This document shows, one piece after another, positions 14,867-29,023 of a DNA stretch of 42,708 bases; positions within the stretch are counted from its first letter, which is position 1, and each line of letters begins with the position of its first letter. The stretch covers positions 1 through 42,708 of the forward strand of contig CAXHJY010001161.1 of the NCBI GenBank assembly GCA_964016885.1, given 5' to 3'. Position numbers and translations under genes: made by a program. The notes beneath the pieces are model-generated. The model did not search any database, was not told where the DNA came from, and worked only from the letters and a program-made list of their open reading frames with translations. The stretch is from Eledone cirrhosa. Lineage: Eukaryota.

Positions 14867-14969
14867 GAGAATGAGAAGAAGATGAAATAGAAAGATAGAG
14901 AGTGAAATGAGGAAGAAACAAAAAAATAAATTTGGAGGAAAAGCACATGTGTTTTATTAGACATTTTGG

Positions 14970-15049
<80 letters not shown>

Positions 15050-15090
15050 TTATATATATATATATATATATACTTATATATATATATATA

Positions 15091-15131
<41 letters not shown>

Positions 15132-15451
15132 TTATATATATATATATATATACTTGCGGCTACCAAGATGAAAACTACTATGAATTCCCACAATGAATTT
15201 TATACTTGAATTTTCAAATCTCAAATTTTAACTCTTCTTATTATTAATTTTTCTTAATATTAATCAACATTTGAAAAGATGGCTTTTGCAGACCCATCGA
15301 AACCGGTCATTTTTTATACCCTTTATTATTTCCTTACCTTATAAAATTATATGTTTTTTCACAAAAAAGTATTCTGTCTCTTATATATTCCATGTGCCAT
15401 TACCAACCTCAATTTTCTCTATAACCTTCGTTGTGTGTAGTAAATTACACT

Positions 15452-15488
<37 letters not shown>

Positions 15489-15548
15489 GAGAGAGAGCGA
15501 GAGATAAATAGACCGATACATACATACATACATACATACATACATACA

Positions 15549-15667
<119 letters not shown>

Positions 15668-15807
15668 GGTAAACAGAAATAACAACATAAATCGGTACAG
15701 TATAGGGAATATATGTGTCTATATATGTATATACACATATATATATTTCTACATATATATATGTATATATATTATTATGTATATATATGCATATATATAC
15801 ATATATA

Positions 15808-16199
15808 CGAGGGTAATCCCAAAAGTAAGGTCTCCAAAGCGATGGGGGCGCAGAGAAACTGTTCGTGCGGCTGTTGGCAACACTGTTGTGATTGGTGCTT
15901 CCTTCACTCCCAAATAAGCATGCGCGCGCTTCGCTAGAATGCTCAATCTTGGCTAGGCAGCCATTGAGAATGGAGCTCCCGTTGAACGCTATTGCCAAGT
16001 GCGAATTTCGCGCAGTTATTATATAGAGGGCAATCCCAAAAGTAAGGTCTCCTTCCGAGGAAAACATGCGTAAAGATCGGCGGATCACTCTGGGTGCTCT
16101 CTGCATTTTGGTTCCTGAGGTTTCCCACAGCACCATCCACAGGATTTTAACGGAAAAGTTCCAATATCGGAAGGAGACCTTACTTTTGGGATTGCCCTC

Positions 16200-16200
<1 letters not shown>
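15808..16200 (+). mobile_element. Internally deleted Tc1/mariner element
   Basis: 28-bp terminal inverted repeats (TIRs) CGAGGG(T/C)AATCCCAAAAGTAAGGTCTCC at 15808-15835 and 16173-16200, flanked by TA. Transposase remnants MELPLNAIAKCEFRAVI (from 15970) and DRRITL...VSHSTIHRILTEKFQYRK. Confidence 0.9.
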
Positions 16201-16259
<59 letters not shown>

Positions 16260-16413
16260 GAAGTAATTCCGTCGGAAAAGTCTCCAGGAAAGTTTTTAAT
16301 CCAACACCAATAAATACACCACGATTTTTTCGTTCTGATGATTGAAAGCAAAATTCTTTTGCTTTTAAGAAACCACTGGTAAATGAAATAATTGCCTTAT
16401 GTTGTTTATTACA

Positions 16414-16806
<393 letters not shown>

Positions 16807-16878
16807 ATATCTACACTCTACTCTGATGAATATCGAGTGCTAATTTTGGCATACCGACTACGGAAGCACCATAGCTAC

Positions 16879-17418
16879 TCAGACTCAGACTCAGAAGCTC
16901 CCGCGTCTTGCGACGCATGAGGCATTCATAGTGTTCCACCGCGTTCGGTCAGCAGACAGTTGCACAGCGTCCCGCCATTGTCTGTTTGTCGCTCGCAGGT
17001 CCCTCTCAACTGTCTGGCGCCAGTTCATATTGGGTCGCCCTCTCCGTCTGCTTCCCTGTGGGCTCCATTTAAGTACTTGGTTCGCCAGTCTCTCCGGGGG
17101 AAGTCTCAAAGCGTGTCCAAACCAGCCGAGGCGTCGCTTGCAGATGGCAGAAGAGACTAGCTGCTGGTTGGTGCGGTTCCTGACTTCCTGGTTTGTTACA
17201 TGGTCACTCCATTTAATCTCCAGGATCTTTCGCAGACACCTGGAATCGAATGCGTCCAACTTCTTCTCCTGGCCGGTCTTAAGGTGCCATGTTTCACTTC
17301 CGTACAAGAGTGTGGACAGCACGTTGCTGTTGTAGAATCTCATCTTTGTTTTGAGGGTGAACTTCCTGCTCTTCCAGATCTTGTCAAGCTGGTTAAATGC
17401 TGCTGAAGCCTTTCCCAT
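16879..17418 (-). mobile_element. RTE-clade LINE 3' fragment
   Basis: [15 protein letters not shown]...[21 protein letters not shown]...RRLGWFGH...RRRGRP with an open frame and a (TGAGTC)n tail. Confidence 0.92.
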
Positions 17419-17461
17419 GCTACATTACAGTATATTCTACATAGTATAGCTACCACTATAC

Positions 17462-17688
<227 letters not shown>

Positions 17689-17866
17689 TATATATATATA
17701 ATGAATACATATATGAACCCATATACCTTATGATTATGTATAATAAATATAGATATGGACCTGCTGTATATTAAAAAACCAACAAAAGACAGGGCTGACA
17801 GGTGTGTATATATATATATTTATATATATATGTGTGCGTGTGTATAAATATGTATGTGTGTATACA

Positions 17867-17920
<54 letters not shown>

Positions 17921-17930
17921 TATACGTATG

Positions 17931-17974
<44 letters not shown>

Positions 17975-18078
17975 CATATATATATATACGTATGTGTATG
18001 TATGTATATTTATAAATATATATATATATGTATATATATATATGAGTGTGTGTGTGTGAGTGTGTATGTATATACATG

Positions 18079-18178
<100 letters not shown>

Positions 18179-18204
18179 TATATATATATATATTTATATA
18201 TATA

Positions 18205-18264
<60 letters not shown>

Positions 18265-18702
18265 TTTATTCAGCGAAAAAGAGAGAGAAGAGAAAACGTC
18301 ATATATATCATATATATACAAACATATATATACAAACATATATATACAAACATGCAATAAGATAGGTGGGATTATATTCACATATATTCACACCTGATCA
18401 ACTTACCTGTTTGATTGATTGGGGTAAAAATACACTTTAAAATAGGAATTTGCACTGCATTTAAATACTTCTTAAAATATCCTTCCATAATCCACGATAT
18501 CTCATCTATCATCTAGAAACTTCCCCCACCAACATGGTGGCTTCTGGTGTTTCCTCGCTGACTGTCTCTTTGTCAGTTTGTAAGACCTTTTATTTACTTG
18601 TCTGTCAGTCTGTCTGTCGGTCAGTTGTCTCCCTTGACTATTTGTCAATGTATGCTATTCATCTGAATCTGAACCTGATACGTATGTATATATGTGTGTT
18701 TG

Positions 18703-18751
<49 letters not shown>

Positions 18752-18865
18752 TAAAGTATAGAAATTATTGTGAGCGTGAAGCCAATAGTATTTCATATAT
18801 ATATATATATATGTGTGTATATATGTATTTATATATATATATATATATGTGTGTATATATGTATT

Positions 18866-19027
<162 letters not shown>

Positions 19028-19035
19028 TAATATAC

Positions 19036-19074
<39 letters not shown>

Positions 19075-19163
19075 ATATACATATATATATATATATATAT
19101 AAAATATACATATATATATATATATATATATAAAATATACATATTTATATATATATATATAAA

Positions 19164-19248
<85 letters not shown>

Positions 19249-19250
19249 AG

Positions 19251-19386
<136 letters not shown>

Positions 19387-19462
19387 TAGATACATATATA
19401 TATGTATATATATATAGATAGATACATATATATATGTATAGATATATATATAGATATATATG

Positions 19463-19504
<42 letters not shown>

Positions 19505-19578
19505 CACATATATATATATATATGTATGTAAAAAGTAAACCCCGCCCGTCCCCTCAATCTATCTTATTTCTCATTCTT

Positions 19579-19614
19579 TCTTCTGATGAAGGACTAGCGT
19601 CCGAAACGTTAAGA
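19579..19614 (+). ncRNA. Minimal type I hammerhead ribozyme
   Basis: TCTT-CTGATGA-A-GGAC-TAGC-GTCC-GAAA-CG-TT-AAGA within a ~160-bp island between microsatellites. Confidence 0.88.
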
Positions 19615-19692
19615 CGCTCTTCCTGATATTTCAAGCGTTAACCTAATATATCCCTTCCATATACTGTACCGATTGTGTTGTTATTTCTGTTT

Positions 19693-19742
<50 letters not shown>

Positions 19743-19861
19743 TTGTGTGTGTATGTATATGTATGTATGTATGTATGTATTTATTTATATATATATATAT
19801 TTATTTATATATATATCTTATCTTATATTATATTATATTATATATATATATATATATATTA

Positions 19862-20044
19862 TTCTTTCTACATTAGGCACAAGGCCAGCAAATACCCAGT
19901 ACATTACTGGTACTTTTATTTTATCGACTGCGTAAGGATGAAAGGCAAAGTTACCCTCGGCAGGATTTGAACTCAGACCATAAAGGGAAGTAACTGTTTG
20001 TTGCAAAGCATGGCGTCCGACCCCCTACCGATTACTGCCAATCC
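19862..20044 (-). mobile_element. tRNA-derived SINE
   Basis: Reverse complement of the 9968 SINE family. Confidence 0.88.
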
Positions 20045-20219
20045 AAAGTCAACGTAAATTATGATGAATCGGTTACAGTAAATGTATCAGACACAACAAT
20101 ACAATGGAATACAGTGGTTTCTATCACGCTGTATAGGGTATACACACATATATATACACCTATATATATATATATACACCTATATATATATATACACCTA
20201 TATATATATATATATACAC

Positions 20220-20271
<52 letters not shown>

Positions 20272-20304
20272 GGATATATATATATATATATATAGGTGTA
20301 TATA

Positions 20305-20364
<60 letters not shown>

Positions 20365-20378
20365 CATAGGTGTATATA

Positions 20379-20446
<68 letters not shown>

Positions 20447-20498
20447 TACATATATATATATATATATACGTACATATATATATATACATATACATATA

Positions 20499-20530
<32 letters not shown>

Positions 20531-20531
20531 C

Positions 20532-20602
<71 letters not shown>

Positions 20603-20603
20603 C

Positions 20604-20698
<95 letters not shown>

Positions 20699-20816
20699 TA
20701 CATATATGTATATATATATATATATAATACATATATATATATATATATATATACATATATAAATATACATATATATATACATACATATATATACATATAT
20801 ATATATACATATATAT

Positions 20817-20867
<51 letters not shown>

Positions 20868-20886
20868 TGTATATATATGTATATAG

Positions 20887-21024
<138 letters not shown>

Positions 21025-21284
21025 TTGTAGGAAAAAAACAAATTTCTACAAATTTCATACTTGACAACCCAATGTGTATATATAAAAATATAAAATAAAA
21101 ATGGCGTAAATATTACAATACAATAGGAAGGAACATGATAATAGCACCACTGCTGATGCTGCAAATGTGCAACGAAAGAACTTTGTTAGACTATATATAT
21201 ACATATTTATATCTGTAGCGGGACACGGACAGCTAACCACTAAGTCACGCGCATTCACAATCTCCACTTTTTATATGTGTGTGC

Positions 21285-21815
<531 letters not shown>

Positions 21816-21829
21816 GACAACACACACCT

Positions 21830-22057
21830 AAGCAGGTTCAGCTGGCCTCCTCCACGGTATATCTCGTTCCAGGTGTCTTGGGTAATTTAATGAGAGGGAC
21901 CCCAGTCCCTATCATCTCATTTCTACAGCTGAGTAAACTGGAGCAACGTGAAATAAAGAGTCTTACTCAAGGACACAACACATCACCTGGTCCGAGAATT
22001 GATATCACAACCTTTCGATTGCAAGCCCGCTTTAACCAGTAAACCATGGGCCTTCAC
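21830..22057 (-). mobile_element. Second tRNA-derived SINE family, degenerate
   Basis: Reverse strand has a tRNA-like head (TGGTTTACTGGTTAA), then CCTTGAGTAAGACTCTTTATTTCACGTTGCTCCAGTTTACTCAGCTG. Confidence 0.6.
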
Positions 22058-22285
22058 TTTCTATGTATGTACCCATAACATGTTTCTCGGGGAGATTCAT
22101 AGTGACACGTCGAGTAATAAGACCGGCTTTTTTTTATTTGAATTACAGGTAAACCTGGTTTTCATACCCTCATCTCACCCTCCACCACACCTCTTGGAAA
22201 AGGTGTGAAGAAGATTTGTTTATGAACAGATTTCACAGCTTTAAAAATTCCTTCTTAATTAAAATTCCCGAAACAAAGCTTTCTT

Positions 22286-22800
22286 TGGTGGTGGTGGTGG
22301 TGGTGGTGGTGGTGGTGGTGGTGGTGATGGTGGTGGTGGTGGTGGTGGTGGTGGTGGTGTTGGTGCTGCTGTTGTTGTTTTAATACCTGTTTTAAAATGC
22401 CAAAAGCCACCCCGTGTTGGTAGTGGTGGTGGTGGTTTAGGTTGTGGTGGTGGTGGTGGTGAGTGTGCTACTGTTGGTGGTGGTGGTGCTGGTCGTGGTG
22501 GTGGTGCTGGTCGTGGTGGTGGTGGTGGTGCTGGTGGTGCTGGTGGTGGTTGTGGTGCTGTTGGTGGTGGTGGTGGTGGTGGTGGTGGTGGTGTTGGTGT
22601 TGTTGTTGTTTTAATACCTGTTATAAAATACCAAAAGTGTTGGTTACAAATTCCGAGTTACTCCGAAATTTCTTAAGTTAGACTTTTTTTTAAAATCTGA
22701 TTTAACCTGCTTTGTGTATTAATTGTAACTAACCTTTTCAAATTACTTTTGTTGTTGTTGTTGTTGATGGTGATGGTGCTGCTGGTGGTGGTGGTGGTGT
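22286..22800. repeat. (TGG)n/(TTG)n repeats
   Basis: Direct reading. Confidence 0.9.
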
Positions 22801-23003
22801 TTTTTGTTGTTTTGCATTAATTACATCTCCTACCACCACCTCTACCACACACATATATATATATGTATATATATATATTGTTATACTTGGGGAGGGTCAT
22901 ATTTGTGTAATAATATTGCCAGAATTAATAACAGAACCTCGCAAAACTAATATATATATATATATTCGGATCTAGCTGTCGAAACGGCTTGAGCTCTGCC
23001 GTC

Positions 23004-23063
23004 GGCGGTGCCCCAGCATGGCCTCAGCCGGATGGCTGAAACAGGTAAAAGAGTAAAAGAGTA
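23004..23063 (+). mobile_element. Short LINE-tail-like insert
   Basis: Identical to 11807-11866. Confidence 0.75.
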
Positions 23064-23321
23064 TATGAAGAGAGAAGGAACATTTAGATATAATTAGTAA
23101 TAAAATGTATCATACCTAAACTGCTCCTGTAGACGCGTTCTTGAAGCTAGTAAAATGAGGTATCCTCTTGATAAGTCGGCAAACCTCGCAAGGGCTCTAT
23201 ATCTTTATGATGTACTGTTTTTGTTTATGCCACGAAACTACGTAGTCGAGGAATCTAGGAGCAGTTTAGGTATGATACATTTTATTACTAATTATATCTA
23301 AATGTTCCTTCTCTCTTCATA
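23064..23321. mobile_element. Fold-back PLE-like element (65-bp arms) enclosing a hammerhead
   Basis: Arms 23064-23128 and 23257-23321. Confidence 0.8.
23163..23252 (+). ncRNA. Type I hammerhead, U3-A8 core variant
   Basis: TCCTC-TTGATAA-[gtcggca...tgccac]-GAAA-CTACGTAG-TC-GAGGA. Perfect stem I, palindromic helix III, GUC cleavage triplet. Confidence 0.82.
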
Positions 23322-23511
23322 ATGTATTTTTAACTCTGATACTGGTTCAGTCTAGTTCAACCGGATTGGTCTGTCCCAGTCATTCATTGAGCAACATCGG
23401 TAAGGTTAGCACCATTAACTCACGGTTGGATGTGGATGCATTCATGTATATGTGTGTGACCGCATGTATCTGTGTGTTTCTAAATATATTGTTTATATAT
23501 ATATATATATA

Positions 23512-23718
23512 TATTAAAATAACAGATTAAAGTTTAAGCAAAGAATCGCTGCTTTCACCCTTAAGATCCCGTTAAGGGTGAAAGCAGCGATTCTTTGCTT
23601 AAACTTTAATCTGTTATTTTAATAAATATTAGCTCTACGGTTCTTATATATTTGATATATATTTATCCTTATCGAGCCCTCTTTGGATTTTAGTCTTCAA
23701 ATTTATTATTATTACTAT
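23512..23718. mobile_element. Fold-back element (53-bp perfect arms, 7-nt loop) plus 3' extension
   Basis: Arms 23512-23564 and 23572-23624. The right arm and extension recur at about 30838-30970. (TA)n lies on both sides. Confidence 0.75.
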
Positions 23719-23871
23719 ATATATATATATGTATATATAACAAAGAACCAGGTGGACCATAATGCACCAGAGTACTCGATACTTGGGGTAGCAGAGTGGG
23801 TAATAGGAATATAGTCGGGACCCCCGACGGCAGAGCTCAAGCCGTTTCGACAGCTAGATCCGAATTATTTT

Positions 23872-23908
<37 letters not shown>

Positions 23909-23999
23909 CGAAGGAAATGTGGTAAGGAACCAGATGGACCATAACGCACCAAAGTACTCAATACTTAGGGTAGTAGAGTGGGTAATAGGAACAAGTATG

Positions 24000-24095
24000 A
24001 CCCCGACGGCAGAGCTCAAGCCGTTTCGACGGCTAATTCTGGACTAAATAAGAATTTTTGGCCTGGTAAATAAATAGCCGAACTTCTCATGGGGT
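24000..24095 (-). ncRNA. Type I hammerhead with extended helix III (core position 3 mutated)
   Basis: Reverse strand: ACCCC-ATGAGAA-[gttcggcta...tagccgtc]-GAAA-CGGC-TTGAGCTCT-GCCG-TC-GGGGT. Confidence 0.7.
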
Positions 24096-24625
24096 AATTC
24101 CTTATATGGGAAGATAGTAATTGTCCAAAGGGATTGGTCAAACATTTGTTGTAAAGACAGATGATTCTATCATGGCATTTGGTGGGAGGTAGGGGTAGCT
24201 GAACTTGCCGGTAGAACAAAGAGGGAGTGGGGGAAACCCAGTCAAGCGTTGAAAGTGAAATCTATACAGCAGATTCTAAGGATAGTGTACTGGAGAAGGA
24301 GAGGAGTGGGAGTTGAAAGAATAGGTAAATCGAAAGGGAGTAAACAACGAAACCATTATAAAAATAAGGAAATAAATATATAAAAAACAATTTCTGGTTA
24401 CTACTCCCCTTCCACAATCACCAAATCTCTCATTGGTATTGCTAAGCTATAGAAAAGTTTAATAGGTGGAGAAAAATACTAAATACGAGATTGTAGTGAA
24501 AGAATTTTATAAAGCCGGCTTTACGGGGGGTCTAACACTACTGCTATAGATAGTTAGTAATCAGCCAATGCTATCTTACAATGACGGGTTAAAAACAAAA
24601 ATACTAAATCACTACTACAAAAATA

Positions 24626-24806
24626 CTTGTTTCTACTTTAGGCACAAGGCCAGCAATTACTCAGTGCATTACTGGTACTTTATTTTATCGACCTCGTAAG
24701 GATGAAAGGCAAAGTCAACCTTGGTGGGATTTGAACTCAGATCGTAAAGGGACGTAACTATGCTTGAAAGCATGGCGTCCGACCCTCTACCGATACTGGC
24801 AATCCA
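24626..24806 (-). mobile_element. tRNA-derived SINE nested in the PLE-like element
   Basis: Reverse complement of the 9968 family. Confidence 0.9.
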
Positions 24807-25501
24807 ACTAATACGAAATATTAATTCAGAATACGAATACAGAAATACTAATACAAGGATACTAATACAAAAATACCACTAGGAAATTTAGAGATCACAG
24901 AAATGGAGCAGCAACCAGAAAGAAAACAATTTACTGGGGGGTGTAACACATCTGCTGTAAAAAGCGTAATCGGCCAATTCTATCTTAAAATTAGGGGGGT
25001 GGGGGTACTGAGGCTACAGAGGAAGGATGGGCTGCATCGGGGTAGGCGAAAAGGTGAAAAAAAGACAAGGAAGGAGATCTGGGGTGGAAGAACTAGGAAG
25101 AGATGGGGGGAAGAAGGAAAAGATAAAAGATTTACGTCTACCTTTGTAAGCAGGGGTAACCCCTTACAAAATCGGCAAGTGGGGTGTTTCAGCCCTTGTC
25201 TACCACCACCACCACCACTCCCCACCTCCCGGGTCATTATGGGGTTTGAGGGTGAGTTAAGTCCTACGCAATCTGTGTTTGCATGCAGTTACCAGTTCGT
25301 CTTTCTTTTTTAAGAGTTGATCCTTTGAAAACAGCATTTGTAATGTTTCCTCTGAGCATAAGTTACACACTCCCTCTTTGTTCTACCGGCAAGTTCAGCT
25401 ACCCCTACCTCCCACCAAATGCCATGATAGAATCATCTGTCTTTACAACAAATGTTTGACCAATCCCTTTGGACAATTACTATCTTCCCATATAAGGAAT
25501 T

Positions 25502-25597
25502 ACCCCCTGAGAAGTTCGGCTATTTATTTACCAGGCCAAAAATTCTTATTTAGTCCAGAATTAGCCGTCGAAACGGCTTGAGCTCTGCCGCCGGGGT
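25502..25597 (+). ncRNA. Type I hammerhead with extended helix III (cleavage triplet mutated to GCC)
   Basis: ACCCC-CTGAGAA-[..]-GAAA-CGGC-TTGAGCTCT-GCCG-CC-GGGGT. Confidence 0.68.
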
Positions 25598-25607
25598 CAT
25601 ACTTGTT

Positions 25608-25684
<77 letters not shown>

Positions 25685-25688
25685 CTCT

Positions 25689-25909
25689 CAAGAAGAAGAA
25701 GAAGAAGAAGAAGAAGAAGAAGAAGAAGAAGAAGAAGAAGAAGAAGAAGAAGAAGAAGAAGAAGAAGAAGAAGAAGAAGAAGAAAAGAAGAAGAAGAAGA
25801 AGAAGAAGAAGAAGAAGAAGAAGAAGAAGAAGAAGAAGAAGAAGAAGAAGAAGAAGAAGAAGAAGAAGAAGAAGAAGAAGAAGAAGAAGAAGAAGAAGAA
25901 GAAGAAGAA
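25689..25909. repeat. (GAA)n microsatellite
   Basis: About 220 bp of GAA with one phase slip. Confidence 0.97.
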
Positions 25910-26392
25910 ACTCTAAAGACATTACCTGGTCACTTGGTTTAAAACTTCAGATTTTAAAATCTGAAGTCTAAAATGTTCTAAAATTCCAGTCAGATCTCAG
26001 CACTATTTTAAACATTAATAAGACATCCATCTAGCCATTGTTATTATAAACAAACTCCATTGAATTAGTTGGCCTATTCTCAGGGGTTTTTTCAACAAGA
26101 TTGATCCATTAATTCAGCTGCGAGCGCATTATTCTTTCATTAACACCGACCAACGATTGTTTTGATCAAATCAAGAAAAGCAGACGACAAGTAAAAAAAA
26201 AAATTTTTTAAATCACAAAAACAAACAAAACAAAACAAAACTTCGAAATCTCCTCCTCCCACGTGACCTGGTATTGTGTTACGTGTAATTTCTTTGTTGT
26301 TGTTATTTTTGTGTCGTTCTGTTTTGTTGTTTTTTTAAACTTTATTTTTTTTTTTGTGGGAGTGGTTGACATTTTGAGTATATTTTAATGAC

Positions 26393-26972
26393 TGGTGGTG
26401 GTGGTGGCGGTGGTGGTGGTGTTGTTGCTGTTGTTGTTGTTGGTGGTGGTTGGTGGTGATGGTGTTGTTGTTGTTGGTGATGATGGTGGTGGTGGTGGTG
26501 TTGTTGTTATTGTTGGTGGTGGCGGTGTTATTGTTGTTGTTGGTGGTGGCGGTGGTGTTGTTATTGTTGTTGGTGGTGATGATGGTGGTGGTGGTGGTGT
26601 TGTTGTTGTTGTTGCTGGTGGTGTTATTGTTGTTGTTGTTGGTGGTGGTGTTATTATTGTTGTTGTTGTTGGTGGTGGTGGCGGTGGCGATGGCGGTAGT
26701 GTTGTTGTTGTTGTCATTGTTGTTGTTGTTTGTGATAGTGTTGTTGTTGTTGGTGGTGGTGGTGGTGGTGGTGGTGGTGGTGGTGGCGATGCCGGTATTG
26801 TTGTTGTTGTTTGTGGTGGTGGTGGTGGTGGTGGTGGTGGCGATGTCGGTATTGTTGTTGTTGTTTGTGGTGGTGGTGGTGGTGGTGGTGGTGGTATTGT
26901 TGTTGTTTGTGGTAGTGTTGTTGTTGTTGGTGGTGGTGTTGGTGGTGGTGGTGTTGGTGGTTGTGGTGGTGT
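26393..26972. repeat. (TGG)/(TTG) compound trinucleotide repeat
   Basis: Direct reading. Confidence 0.95.
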
Positions 26973-27806
26973 TTTCAATTCTCATTGATGTCATTAGGTT
27001 CAGATTTGAAACAAGGTACGAAAGAAACCAAGACTATAAAACAATTTTTTTTATGCGAACTCCTGAATAACCCCAGTGAGAACATTTCACGACGATTGAA
27101 TCGTTTTCTAAGTTGTATTCAATTTGATATTTATTAGTTTTATTTTCAGTCTGACTATATTGTTTATGTGTACAAAGATTTATAAATGGAGAGATCCACT
27201 TAGTTTTGACTAAAAAGGATACTGGGAAACTGGATGTGTTGTTAGGGTTATGATTATTAATCCTTTAGCATTCACATTACTCTATATATACTATTATATT
27301 TTCATGGTAAAGGCTTTACCTCACATAATTATCTCACATAATATCGAATCCATGAGATTTTGAAAAAAATACTTTAAGATAAGTTTAAGCGACCAGTTAC
27401 AGCTAGTTTCAACAGAAAGAGGTGGGAGAATTCTGGCCCTGTTTGGGTCGGTTTGAATACTAAAGGGTTAATCATGCAGATTAAATATATCTAATGTAAA
27501 ACTAAGGAGGTCAGATCCGAAATATAGGGAAATAACGAGCATCATAGAGCATTAATATGTACTATCAGAAAAACCACCCTAAGGGTGGTTTTCTGCTAGT
27601 ATGTGTAGTGTGCATATTAGCCTCGCCATCACCCGAGGTAACACTGCGAGTGTGCTGGCTTGCCTCAAAAATCATTATTCAAAGTAATCCAACTTATTTT
27701 ACTTACTGGATTAAAAGAAATAAACCGTACGCAGTCCCGCACTCCTTACTTTATTATAGTTTGGATTTAAAGAAACACCAAAACCTTTTAGAAATCTAAC
27801 ACAAGA

Positions 27807-27998
27807 GGCGATTGACTGGCAGTATCGGTAGAGGATCGAACGCCATGCTTTACAGCACAGAGATACGTCCCTTTACGATATGAGTTCAAATCCCACCGAG
27901 GTTAACTTTGCCTTTCATCCTTATGGGGTCGATAAAATAAAGTACCAGTAACGTACTGGGATAATTGCTGGCCTTGTGCCAAAAGTAGAAACAATTAT
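27807..27998 (+). mobile_element. tRNA-derived SINE
   Basis: A and B boxes and conserved core as in the 9968 copy. Confidence 0.9.
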
Positions 27999-28181
27999 TT
28001 TTCTACACACGTTTCAGTAAAGAGAAGCAACCCATAATTAGTAATTTCGATTGTTAGATTATTTACACTCATCGTCTCGTCAGGAATAATAATAAATTAA
28101 TGTTAAACGAGTCCCTTAGAGTGAAGAATAATAATGAAAATATGAACAAAAATAGAAATAAAATGTACAATGTCATACGTA

Positions 28182-28292
28182 ATAATTGTTTCTACTTTTG
28201 GCACAAGGCCAGCAATTATTCCAGTACATTACTGGTACTTTATTTTATCGACCCCGTAAGGATGAAAGGCAAAGTTAACCTCGGCGGGATTT
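28182..28292 (-). mobile_element. 5'-truncated SINE
   Basis: Core and tail of the same family. Confidence 0.85.
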
Positions 28293-28579
28293 GGTGTAAG
28301 GTATAATGTAATCACTTCCATTCTTTTCAAAACCAAAGGGAGATAACCTATAAATATCTATAGTAAGTAAATGATTTGATTATAAATACAATCTTTGCAT
28401 ACTTTACAAACGAAAACGAAAGAGAAAATTATATAAATAAACATATATAAACATCGAAATGTAGGCTGCTATATATATATGCATACATATATATATATAT
28501 ATTGTTATACTTTGGGAGGGTCATGTTGCCAACACACGATTTCAGATAAAGAATCTTGCTAAACAAATTCAGAAACGAA

Positions 28580-28610
<31 letters not shown>

Positions 28611-28651
28611 TATTTTGAGAGATAAATAGACAGACAGATAGACAAACAGAC

Positions 28652-28706
<55 letters not shown>

Positions 28707-28707
<1 letters not shown>

Positions 28708-28846
28708 TTCTTTATTAGCCACAAGGGCGCACAAGAAAAGGGTACAATACAAAGACATGCCGGGGATTTTACATGCAGTCGTGTAAAAAATATAAAAACA
28801 AACAATTACAACAATCGAAATCCCCAATAGGGGGGAGGCGCCACAA
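28707..28846 (-). mobile_element. Retroelement 3' end inside (GATA)n
   Basis: Homologous to 11709-11960 without the 60-bp insert. Confidence 0.7.
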
Positions 28847-29023
28847 AGATAGATAGATAGATAGATATTAACAGAATGTACCAACATTTGTGATATATTA
28901 TTATAGCAAATAGCAAAAGATATCATTTACCTCTGAATTTAAATAAAGAAATAAATTATATATATATATCGTTTCTGAATTTGTTTAGCAAGATTCTTTA
29001 TCTAAAAACGTGTGTTGAAACCG

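Larger units (their letters stand above)
23909..25612. mobile_element. Non-autonomous PLE-like element with 245-bp inverted terminal arms, each carrying a hammerhead
   Basis: Arms 23985-24229 and 25368-25612. The 1.1-kb non-coding spacer contains a nested SINE; flanked by (TA)n. Confidence 0.8.

Noticed and set aside
16823-16870. CTGATGA followed by a hairpin
   Set aside because: No GAAA/NUH or stem I follows, so it is not a complete hammerhead.
21153-21190. CTGATGC-TGCA-AATG-TGCA-AC-GAAA-GAACTT hammerhead-like string
   Set aside because: Core A9 is absent and there is no stem I; at best a decayed copy.
24016-25581. Duplicated 67-aa ORF MFYRQVQLP...
   Set aside because: It overlaps the hammerhead in the inverted arms, starts at TTG and has no recognisable motif; the duplication is explained by the inverted repeat.
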